DNA of 42,058 nt from Candidatus Sumerlaeales bacterium (GTDB lineage Bacteria; Sumerlaeota; Sumerlaeia; Sumerlaeales; Sumerlaeaceae), in contig JBBSQY010000029.1 of assembly GCA_038243585.1 (NCBI GenBank), positions 1 to 42,058 on the forward strand, written 5' to 3'. Positions within the stretch are counted from its first letter, which is position 1, and each line of letters begins with the position of its first letter. The position numbers were made by a program, and so were the translations under genes. Below the pieces are notes generated by a model. It worked only from the letters and a program-made list of their open reading frames with translations. It had not been told where the DNA came from and did no database searches. This document shows, one piece after another, positions 1 through 8,200 of this stretch.

Positions 1-1
1 A

Positions 2-505
2 GGCTTCGATGCGGCTGTTGCCGATCTCGACGGAGCGGGTGGTGGATTTGAATTTGGGAACGCGCCCGCCGAAGAAGGTGTCGCGGATGTGGTCGTTTGT
101 GCGCAGCTCGCGGACGATGGTGGCGATGCGGTTTTTGGCCTGGGCCATGGTGCCGCTGATGATGACCTGGTGGCGTTCGCGTCCGGAGAGGATGTCCATG
201 ATGGGGAACAGCATGGTGTGGACGGTGGACTTGGCAGCGCCGCGGGGGGCGGCGATGGCAAGGCGGCGTCCGGTGCGGCCGGGCAGGGGCTGCTCGTGCT
301 GGCGCTGGTATTGCGCGAAGCTGAACTGGTGCATGACGTTGAAGTCGCTGCGGCAGTGGTGGGGCAGGTTTGCGCGGAAGAACTTTTCGGGGTCTGCGGT
401 GTGGCGGAGGAGGTCGGCGAGGGGGATGGTGGGCTCGGCTGGCGGCGGTGGGGCGAGCGGTTTGGTGTTGGTTTTGGTGGTTTTGGTGGTTTTATTAGTC
501 ATCAT
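2..505 (-). CDS. Phage terminase large subunit, N-terminal ATPase domain (partial, runs off left edge)
   Basis: Manual translation from ATG at 505: MMTNKTTKTNTKPLAPPPPAEPTIPLADLLRHTADPEKFFRANLPHHCRSDFNVMHQ...RRLAIAAPRGAAKSTVHTMLFPIMDILSGRERHQVIISGTMAQAKNRIATIVRELRTNDHIRDTF... The IAAPRGxAKST Walker A and IISxTxxQA motif are typical of Terminase_6-type large subunits. The frame is open to the window edge with strong C3 codon bias. Confidence 0.85.
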   Translation of the reverse strand, partial: MMTNKTTKTTKTNTKPLAPPPPAEPTIPLADLLRHTADPEKFFRANLPHHCRSDFNVMHQFSFAQYQRQHEQPLPGRTGRRLAIAAPRGAAKSTVHTMLFPIMDILSGRERHQVIISGTMAQAKNRIATIVRELRTNDHIRDTFFGGRVPKFKSTTRSVEIGNSRIEA

Positions 506-537
506 ACCGGCTGGTTTAGCGCGGCGATTTTTGCCTG

Positions 538-565
538 GGTATTCCCGCACGGGCACTTAAGGGGG
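538..565 (-). promoter_or_regulatory. Conserved upstream motif, copy 1 (minus strand CCCCTTAAGTGCCCGTGCGGGAATACC)
   Basis: Ends 32 nt upstream of the terminase ATG; 22/26 identical to 13745-13770. Confidence 0.45.
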
Positions 566-572
566 AAAAGAT

Positions 573-603
573 AATTACGAATTACAAATTACTAATTACG
601 AAT
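573..603. repeat. Heptamer tandem repeat (AATTACN)x4
   Basis: aattacg aattaca aattact aattacg aat. Confidence 0.8.
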
Positions 604-828
604 GGAGGGGTCGCTGCGCGACGAGGATATGGGAAATGAAATTGCATAACGCAAAGGGGCGTAAGGGGCGTAAGAGGAGATGAAAGGAAAAGCTTTTGGT
701 GCTGAGGCGCGGAGACGGGGAGGGCAAAACGACAGGGTGAATATAGGGCTTGGGAGTTGTGATGGGTAGCCGCGAAAAGCCCGAAGGAGGGCAGGTTAGC
801 TGCTATTCAACAGCTTTCTATAGGGACA

Positions 829-894
829 GTGGTGCGCGTCCCCGAATAGCCCGTGGTGCGCGTCCCCGCGTGGTGCGCGTCCCCGAATAGCCCG
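829..894. repeat. Triple direct repeat GTGGTGCGCGTCCCCG(AATAGCCCG), REP/RAYT-associated-like
   Basis: Copies start at 829, 853 and 870; copies 1 and 3 carry the gaatagcccg tail. Confidence 0.85.
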
Positions 895-1047
895 GCTATG
901 GACTGTAAAGATGTTGAGGAGTCTTCCCATTTACTTCTCATTTCAGGCTGTATTGCTATTGGAAGATGATCGAATTAAGACGCGAAAAGGTACTAAGGTT
1001 GACGCCGAAGTGGTTGAGGGGGTGCAGCCGGTGGGGCAGGGAACGTT

Positions 1048-1701
1048 TTAAGGAGCGAGGTAATGACCGACTAAGACCTCTGGCTCGCGCTGTGATCTGG
1101 CGATGTCCCCGACGCTTACCACGCCGTTTGTCGCGTCATAGGGTATAATAAAAGTACCACTCAACCCGGGATCTGCAAACCCGATGTTGTATACATAGGT
1201 ATCAGGTCCTGCCGCCGTGAGGCGCCATTCACCATATCGGGCAAAAAGAATTTGCTGAGTATTTTCGGCATTCTCAGGTGATTGTCGCGTGGCGACGTAT
1301 CTGTAGCGCCCTAAAATCCATGATGAGTTCGGACCCGATGGACCCGATTTAACGCGGGTGGGGTCATAGTGGGGTGCCTGAAATGGATCAATCAATGTGC
1401 GTTCATCAGAAAGATAAGCAACTGGTGTAGTTACCCAAATCGGATCCAAAACCAGGGAATACTTACTGAGAGGAGTAACCGCAGTTGCGCTGCGGTCATA
1501 CAAACCGCGCGGCGGAAACCGGTTCACGTGGTCTACTGCATATGCCTCAAGAGCAACTGCATTGGTACGCAGATCACTGTAGACCTGAGTTATTTTTTTG
1601 CGCTCCTGCGCCTCAATAAAGTTAGGGACCGCGATAGCGACAAGAATCGCCGAGATGGCAAGCACCACCAGCAGTTCAAATATACAAATGCCTCTGTTCA
1701 T
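1048..1701 (-). CDS. Prepilin-type N-terminal cleavage/methylation domain protein (GspG/pseudopilin-like)
   Basis: MNRG|ICIFELLVVLAISAILVAIAVPNFIEAQ...SDLRT.AVALEAYAVD...VTTPVAYL...DPF...GPD...YDATNGVVSVGDI; AGGAGA RBS before ATG 1701. Confidence 0.85.
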   Translation of the reverse strand: MNRGICIFELLVVLAISAILVAIAVPNFIEAQERKKITQVYSDLRTNAVALEAYAVDHVNRFPPRGLYDRSATAVTPLSKYSLVLDPIWVTTPVAYLSDERTLIDPFQAPHYDPTRVKSGPSGPNSSWILGRYRYVATRQSPENAENTQQILFARYGEWRLTAAGPDTYVYNIGFADPGLSGTFIIPYDATNGVVSVGDIARSQREPEVLVGHYLAP

Positions 1702-1879
1702 GTTTATTTCTCCTGCCGGGCTGGACCAGCGTTTTCCAAAACCCATACGATATTTTATCTTGACGACTCTCGAACATTATCTTACAAGGTAAAGAGAAAT
1801 CGACAAATGACTCACAGATCTTGTTTGTAACAGGATTGGGTTTCAAGCCGGACGACGAACTGAGCAAGAGGACAAAGAC

Positions 1880-3223
1880 ATGCAGACATCGTGGAACAAG
1901 ACTGATGGGCCGAGGTTGAACAGATTTGTTGGGACTGCTGCCGTGCTTACAGTTTTCGCAGTCATCGAAACCTCAACGGCTTGTGCCTGGAATCCTCCAG
2001 TCGCGATTGATCTGAACACTTCTTCGGGTCTGCGTGCTGATAGTCAATTATCCATCGCAGGTGAAACAGGGGCTTACGGAGCTGTCTGGTCCTCGACCTC
2101 TGACGCGCGGGGTGATTTTGGAATACGGTTTAGTCGAAGCACGGATGCCGGCGTTACTTGGAGTTCTCCTGTGGATCTTACCGGACTCAATGGCGAAGCA
2201 AACGGACGCTTCGGTGATAATCCAAACGTGGCGGCGGGTGGTAGCACATGGCTCGCAGCCTGGGATGCGTGCGACGCTTCCGGGAATATGATCGACACTT
2301 CCAGAAACATTTACTTGCGCCGTTCTACTGATGCGGGCCAGAACTGGTCTCTTCCTCAATTATTGAATTCAGATTTCGCGGATTCCAGCGTTCGCAACTT
2401 CTCGCCGGTTTTAGAGAGCGACGGATTTGGCACGTGGACAGCGCTTTGGGAATCGGAAATTCAGGACCCCTCGGATTCCCTGTTGAAACGGGGCATTTCT
2501 ATGTCGCGTTCTGTAGACGGAGGAGTCAACTGGTCTGCCGTGCAGCGGCTTGAGGCACATACCAGCACAACCGTCATCATGAATCCATGCGTAGCCACAA
2601 ACAATCAAGGCCTCTGGATGGCGGCCTGGGAAATTCAAGGACCTAATTCCCGCATCCGACTTGTTAGATCAACGAACAATGGACAGACATGGTCGTCTCC
2701 AGTTGACCTGAATACAGGGGGAAGTCCGGAGGCGTCTCCGGTTTCTTACATTGGCCAGCCCAGCATTGCAACCGATGGAGAAGGGCGTTGGGTCATTTTA
2801 TTAACGTCAAACTATGACGCAGCCACGGATACGCGAGGCACTGATCGCATCCTGAGTGTGCACTCATCTGATGATGGATTAACGTGGAGTTCGAGCACAG
2901 AAGTGAATTCCAACGATGGACTCATAAAGCAGAATCCCCATGTTGTATGGGATTATAACCGTTTTGTCGCCGTTTGGCGCAGCCCACGGGAATTGGAGAT
3001 GGGCGTTAGTTCCAATGGTGGTGCATCGTGGGCGCCGATTGAAGCTCCGGGAGACCAGAACGACACCTCCGGTGCAGTAGTTAGCCACCCTCGCCTGATC
3101 CCTTCTTTATCAGCGGGCAGGCAGGCCGCCTGGCTACGTGTAGCGCCGGGTGCTACCGGACCAGATTTGCTAACTTCCCGCGAACCTCGCCAAACGTCTG
3201 CCGAAAAATGGGCTCTGTACTAA
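1880..3223 (+). CDS. Secreted Asp-box/BNR repeat (sialidase-like beta-propeller) protein
   Basis: Signal peptide; six SxDxGxxW-type boxes (STDAGVTW, STDAGQNW, SVDGGVNW, STNNGQTW, SSDDGLTW, SSNGGASW); C-terminus TSAEKWALY. Confidence 0.85.
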   Translation: MQTSWNKTDGPRLNRFVGTAAVLTVFAVIETSTACAWNPPVAIDLNTSSGLRADSQLSIAGETGAYGAVWSSTSDARGDFGIRFSRSTDAGVTWSSPVDLTGLNGEANGRFGDNPNVAAGGSTWLAAWDACDASGNMIDTSRNIYLRRSTDAGQNWSLPQLLNSDFADSSVRNFSPVLESDGFGTWTALWESEIQDPSDSLLKRGISMSRSVDGGVNWSAVQRLEAHTSTTVIMNPCVATNNQGLWMAAWEIQGPNSRIRLVRSTNNGQTWSSPVDLNTGGSPEASPVSYIGQPSIATDGEGRWVILLTSNYDAATDTRGTDRILSVHSSDDGLTWSSSTEVNSNDGLIKQNPHVVWDYNRFVAVWRSPRELEMGVSSNGGASWAPIEAPGDQNDTSGAVVSHPRLIPSLSAGRQAAWLRVAPGATGPDLLTSREPRQTSAEKWALY

Positions 3224-3345
3224 AAATTGGCGGCAGCCTTTTCGCGGGATGCGCACCAATGGACCTATTGATATTGCTTTAAATTTCTGCGGCTTTTGCC
3301 GCGCCAGTGAATTCGATCTTCCAAACACATCGCCACTCAGATCAA

Positions 3346-3570
3346 TCACCGGTGCTCACTTCGTCGTCTTTCCATGGCCATTTTTTTAAAGATTGGTTGC
3401 ATCATTTCCAGTTCTGTATAATACATGGCGCTGGGGTCTATTTTTTCTTTTTCGAGCCAGTCGAGGTGAGCTGCCATTCGGGGGCGATTCGCAGCCCATG
3501 GCAGGGCTACCAGCCATATGAGGGTTAGCAGGGCCAGCGCTGCTGTCAGCTTTAGCAGTCGGGCCGCCAT
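3346..3570 (-). CDS. Small membrane-anchored hypothetical protein, translationally coupled to the transporter
   Basis: TAATG stop/start overlap at 3570; N-terminal hydrophobic helix; IDPSAMYYTELE segment. Confidence 0.65.
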   Translation of the reverse strand: MAARLLKLTAALALLTLIWLVALPWAANRPRMAAHLDWLEKEKIDPSAMYYTELEMMQPIFKKMAMERRRSEHR

Positions 3571-5030
3571 TAATAGACCAGGTCTTTAAAGATAACTCCG
3601 AACATGAGCCATGCCATTAAAAGGGTGAGAACGAGGTTTAGGGATTGTCCGCAGATGTAAAGCACCAACGGGCGACCGCCGCGAAAGTAGGGCTGAAGTT
3701 CGCGGAAGTTAGTCTCCAAGCCAATACTGACGAAGGCCAGGCAGAACAGCCATTCGCGGATTATCTTGGATGAGTCGCCTATCATGGCGTCGATGATTTC
3801 CGGTCCGCCGGCGAGGGTCTCGTATAGCACGGAAAACAGGATGGAAACCAGTATGAAACCGAGTACGAACTTGGGAAAACGGGTCCAGATTTCTGTGAGG
3901 CGGGGACGTGGGGCATTGGGTTCGCGCTCGACTTTTGTGACCCAGTAGAGGGCTACGAAAAACGCGACGACGCCGATGAGGATGTTCTGGATCATCTTTA
4001 CAGTGGCGGCGGTTTCTAGAGCGCGCTCACCCAGGACAGCGCCCGCGGCGGCGACCGCTCCGGTGGAATCGATTGTTCCGCCGAGCCAGGCGCCGGCGAT
4101 GATCGGATCCATGTCGACAGCCTTGATAACCATGGGCATCAGAACCATCATAAGCACCGTGAATGACAGGGACATTCCGATGGCCAGGGTCAGCTCTTCT
4201 TTTTTCGCTTTGCAGGCGGCGCCCGTTGCGATGGCAGCGGATACGCCGCACACAGACATGTCTGCACAGATGACCATGTTGAGAGATCGGGACGGAATCT
4301 TTAGAATCTTTTGTCCGAAAATGTAAGTGGAGACAAGGACAACCGGGGTGACGACCCAAGCAACAAATATCCCGGGTATGCTGAGGGCAAGGAGGCGCGA
4401 CATTAATACTTCTGCTCCGAGGAGGACCAGGCCGGTCTTTATGTAGAACTCCGTCTGGATAGCGGGGCGCATCCAGTTGGGCGTGCGGATCGTATTACTG
4501 ATGATCAGCCCGACGAGCAGCGCCCAGAGGGCATACTCCAGGTTATAGGCTTTTATGACACTTTGCCCTGAGAGTACATACGCGAACAGCGCCAGCAGAA
4601 ATACGGCCGGAAAGGCTTTTAAAAAGGCGAGTCCGCTCTTCCCGCGCATCACCATGGCGAGGCTGCAGACAAGGGCGATCAAAGCGAAAATGCCAAGGAG
4701 TCCGGGGATGACGCTGACCGACGATGTCTTATCCGACGCCGGCTTTTGAAAAGCATGAACAGGGTTACTGGTCCATTTTGCGGGCTTGGCGAGGTATCCT
4801 TTTAGTGGGCTGTGGATCGAAATTTCTTCGTCGCTTGCCAGTTGAGCCTGAAAATCCGCAGGTCGGGCGAACCAGACAAGAGCGAACAAAACCAGTAATA
4901 AGAAACCACCGCACCATACGGCCCACCAGTCTTCGGATGTGCGCATTTCGGTCCAGGTTGACATTTTCGGCGGTAGTATAGCTTCCGAGGAGGGTACCTC
5001 TTCCGAGGATCGTGGGGAGTTGCTGCTCAT
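3570..5030 (-). CDS. Putative sulfate exporter (YeiH/PSE) family transporter
   Basis: Multi-TM; EFYIKTGLVLLG, SVCGVSAAIA, GAWLGGTIDSTGAVAAAG, RFPKFVLGF, AFVSIGLETNF motifs. Confidence 0.9.
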   Translation of the reverse strand: MSSNSPRSSEEVPSSEAILPPKMSTWTEMRTSEDWWAVWCGGFLLLVLFALVWFARPADFQAQLASDEEISIHSPLKGYLAKPAKWTSNPVHAFQKPASDKTSSVSVIPGLLGIFALIALVCSLAMVMRGKSGLAFLKAFPAVFLLALFAYVLSGQSVIKAYNLEYALWALLVGLIISNTIRTPNWMRPAIQTEFYIKTGLVLLGAEVLMSRLLALSIPGIFVAWVVTPVVLVSTYIFGQKILKIPSRSLNMVICADMSVCGVSAAIATGAACKAKKEELTLAIGMSLSFTVLMMVLMPMVIKAVDMDPIIAGAWLGGTIDSTGAVAAAGAVLGERALETAATVKMIQNILIGVVAFFVALYWVTKVEREPNAPRPRLTEIWTRFPKFVLGFILVSILFSVLYETLAGGPEIIDAMIGDSSKIIREWLFCLAFVSIGLETNFRELQPYFRGGRPLVLYICGQSLNLVLTLLMAWLMFGVIFKDLVY

Positions 5031-5227
5031 CTGGTTGCTGGCTCCTTAGTATGTTGCGGACTTGACGGAATTTAATCGAAATCGTCACGATATGCCGGTG
5101 AGGGGCAAGGATAAAATTTCAGGCTTAAATACGACGTAAACACCGAATCGAAAAAGTGGAAATCCAAAAATTTTCGCTGCTGGCTAGAAATCAGGAAAGT
5201 TGATTAGGCTGCTCAATTTTGCGCCAA

Positions 5228-6190
5228 CTAACGTTTCGGCAACCGAATCTGACCATTCTCAATCAGCCACTGGACCGACTCGTACACGGCCTGAAGTGAT
5301 GAGTAGCGGGGCTGATACTCAAGGAGACGCTCCGCTTTGACGATACTGCAACTCGGGCTGTGGGCGATATGGTCCCATGTCGCGTCAGCCTCGGCATCGG
5401 GCACCGTTTTGCGCCACTCCGGCCACGGCATAAATGTCAGTCGTGCTGGCTGACTGAACCATCCTGCTACCGCCTCTGCATAACCCCGGAGCGTGATCGC
5501 ACCCGGCGACACGACGTGAAAACTCTCGCCCACAGCAGCGCCCCAATGAGTCAGCGCGCTCTCAAATGCCTGCGCAACGTCGTCCGCATGAACATGATGG
5601 ACCGTCTCCAAGCCCAAATTAGGCAGTGCCAGATCGACCCCAGCCGCCAACTGCGTAAAAACGTCAGGGTTGAAATGGCCGGCCGGATTTAACGGTGGCC
5701 ATCCCGGACCAACTATATGCCCCGGATGCAACACCGTCGCCGGGAAGCCAGTGCGGCGTGCCTCGCCTAAAAGATAGGCCTCGATTGCCGCTTTCTGGAT
5801 ACCATAATCGCCAAACGGATTGCGCGGCTGGCTTTCGGTCGTTGGCACTACAGCGCTCGCACCATGAACCCAGATCGTGCCGCAGTGCAGAAAATGTTGT
5901 ATCGTACCGCGGAGCGCCTCTACCAGATGCTTTGCGCTGGGCAGAGTGAAGCAGATCATGTCTATGACGGCGTCTGGTCGCAAAGCCTGGATTTGCGCGC
6001 CAAATGTTCCTGCCGTCTCGGCCTCAACGCGATCAATAGTGTGCTGCTCAACTGACGCCCACGCCCCATGCGCCTGGTACGGATCCCGTTTTCCACGAGA
6101 AACCACAACCACCTCATACCCCGCCGCGACCAAGCGCGGGACCAGGTAAGTCCCCACATGACCGCTCCCGCCAATGATCACAACCCGCAT
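5228..6190 (-). CDS. NAD-dependent epimerase/dehydratase family protein
   Basis: GGSGHVG Rossmann motif, YGIQK catalytic YxxxK, HVHADDVA. Confidence 0.9.
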   Translation of the reverse strand: MRVVIIGGSGHVGTYLVPRLVAAGYEVVVVSRGKRDPYQAHGAWASVEQHTIDRVEAETAGTFGAQIQALRPDAVIDMICFTLPSAKHLVEALRGTIQHFLHCGTIWVHGASAVVPTTESQPRNPFGDYGIQKAAIEAYLLGEARRTGFPATVLHPGHIVGPGWPPLNPAGHFNPDVFTQLAAGVDLALPNLGLETVHHVHADDVAQAFESALTHWGAAVGESFHVVSPGAITLRGYAEAVAGWFSQPARLTFMPWPEWRKTVPDAEADATWDHIAHSPSCSIVKAERLLEYQPRYSSLQAVYESVQWLIENGQIRLPKR

Positions 6191-6197
6191 GGACGCC

Positions 6198-6386
6198 TTA
6201 CTTTTGTCTGATGGTTAAGCTGAAATAATTTATGCAAATTTTGACTCCAGTCCGCTTTGCGCATTGCGCGGGTATGTTCAGGCAATACCGCAGATCGTCA
6301 CGGTGAACATGACTGGGCATGGAGACTCCCCAGATGCACTCATGATGCGGACACATTGGAATAACGATGCGTGCTTGTCGAGCCAT
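6198..6386 (-). pseudogene. REP-associated tyrosine transposase (RAYT/Y1) N-terminal remnant
   Basis: MARQARIVIPMCPHH...DDLRYCL...CAKRTGVKI matches the RAYT N-terminus (MARxxRxxxPGxPHH...DDxxxYL...GVxI); QRGN region corrupted, truncated before the usual HUH position and the catalytic Tyr. Confidence 0.65.
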
Positions 6387-6466
6387 GGACGCAAGAAGAG
6401 GCAGCCCCCGCAGCAACGTCAAACCAGTTTCGCGACATCTTCGATCGGGCCACGAGCGTGCCAAAT

Positions 6467-6934
6467 CTATGGATTACTCTTTTTAGATTTTTCTGGAATT
6501 TGGATAATTTTTGTAAACGTTCCAGTACTCGGCGCCATAAATTCATCATACTGGTATCGTGCAATTACTGAAATGCGGCGCCCCCAAATTTCCGGTGGAG
6601 GGGCATCATCAAGAGGAACCAGTTGTTCCGGAGCCATGTTGGCAATTGGCCGCGCAGGCAGTTGCCCATAAGTGATGTTTTCCCCTTTTTCATAGCCCAG
6701 ACGTATACTCCACAATACATTACGAGCATCGTCTTCAACTCGAAATTCAAGTAATCCATTTGTATCTGACCGAGGCACATGAAAGACTAATTGGCCATCT
6801 TCAACGCTGACGGATACGTCAACTTTTGGATTCTGACCGCATCCACAGAAACAACAAACAGCCACCATAACGGCGAAACAGAGCTGAATACGAGTTCCAG
6901 TAATAAGTGTTGCGACGTGCCGGAAGCTAGCCAT
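6467..6934 (-). CDS. Hypothetical lipoprotein-like protein
   Basis: Hydrophobic stretch ending FCGC (lipobox-like) followed by a soluble beta-rich domain; AGGAGA upstream; start uncertain (6934 or 6946). Confidence 0.55.
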   Translation of the reverse strand: MASFRHVATLITGTRIQLCFAVMVAVCCFCGCGQNPKVDVSVSVEDGQLVFHVPRSDTNGLLEFRVEDDARNVLWSIRLGYEKGENITYGQLPARPIANMAPEQLVPLDDAPPPEIWGRRISVIARYQYDEFMAPSTGTFTKIIQIPEKSKKSNP

Positions 6935-7005
6935 GGACGAAATCAATTTAATTCTCCTATTTGTGGAAAACCTATGTTCTTTACTGAATCTTATGATACG
7001 AGTAG

Positions 7006-7704
7006 CGAAAATATACTGCAACTTCTTTTGCATCTGCCGCTGCCTTCTACAGGCTTCGCAATAGGGACAGCGATGGGGCTATAGAGATCGCAGCACTCCC
7101 TCTCCGGCTGACCCGGAGGCCTCCGCAGTCACACTTGGTGACCCACACCATAGGCGTGGCTGTGGGTGCCATGGCCTCAACGGCGCTTAACACAATTGCA
7201 GATCAAACCACAGACACTGCTGCGTTACAGCGCGGGCTGGATCTTATGACCGAACTACGGCCCACAGTCTTTCCCGGGGAGATGGAAAACTGGCGCTATG
7301 CCAGTTCGCTGGGGGCACTGCGATTCGCAGCGGCAAACGGCTATCCTGTGAACCTGGAACCACGACCGCTAGTGGACTATTACGAGGATGCGGGCGCGAA
7401 GCTGGGCCAGCACTACTCTCTGTGGATGGTAAACAACTTCTCTTCGTCTGACCCGCGGGCACAGAGAGCTATTGTTTATCTCTATAATTTCCAGAACCCG
7501 TTCAATATCGATGAAGCGTTTGAACTGTCTGATAATGATTCCAACCCACTGGAAGGTTTTATGAGGTACACAGAAGGGTTGGAAGAGCAACGAAAGAACA
7601 TGAGTGTTAATCGGCCAGCCGCATCAATATTGCGTATATATAAGGCGATTCGGTACTGCGTAATGACTAGCTATTGTAACAAAACAGGCGTTCGGGCTTT
7701 ATAA
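7006..7704 (+). pseudogene. 5'-truncated helical hypothetical protein fragment
   Basis: The frame of ORF 7135 stays open upstream to a stop at 7003-7005 (RKYTATSFASAAAFYRLRNRDSDGAIEIAALPLRLTRRPPQSHLVTHTIGVAV...) with no ATG or RBS. Confidence 0.5.
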
Positions 7705-7730
7705 GATTTTTATCATGAAAGGCATTAACT

Positions 7731-8126
7731 ATGGAGATCAAAAGGAATGGGTCCCAGCCTGCTGGGAAGGGACCGGATGATTATTTTACAGGCACGGTAC
7801 GCATTGATCCTCTTTTTCAGGCTCCCGATCCTGCACGGGTTGCCGGGGTAACAGTCACGTTTGAACCGTGCGCCCGCACCGCATGGCACACTCATCCCCT
7901 CGGGCAGACTCTGATTGTCCTATCCGGCAGTGGCCGGGCGCAGCGATGGGGCGGGCCAGTGGAGGAAATCAACCCGGGTGACGTGGTCTGGTTTCCGCCA
8001 GGTGAGAAGCATTGGCACGGTGCCGCTCCTACCACAGCTATGACCCACATCGCTATCCAGGAGCGGCTTGATGGCCGGGCTGTTGACTGGATGGAGCAGG
8101 TGACTGATGAGCAGTATGAATCCTGA
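7731..8126 (+). CDS. Cupin domain protein (hydroxynitrile-lyase-like cupin_2)
   Basis: [55 protein letters not shown]. Confidence 0.92.
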   Translation: MEIKRNGSQPAGKGPDDYFTGTVRIDPLFQAPDPARVAGVTVTFEPCARTAWHTHPLGQTLIVLSGSGRAQRWGGPVEEINPGDVVWFPPGEKHWHGAAPTTAMTHIAIQERLDGRAVDWMEQVTDEQYES

Positions 8127-8200
8127 TTGAAAATGATGAAAGAGTTACGCATCATACGTCGGTAGTCTGTCAGCTTTAAGCGGTGGGCAATGCCAGGAAG

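Noticed and set aside
9..574. Plus-strand ORFs 9..560 and 89..574
   Set aside because: Antisense shadows of the minus-strand terminase, which has real motifs and codon bias.
829..894. Possible mini-CRISPR
   Set aside because: Repeats are 16-25 bp and abut each other without unique spacers; no cas genes.
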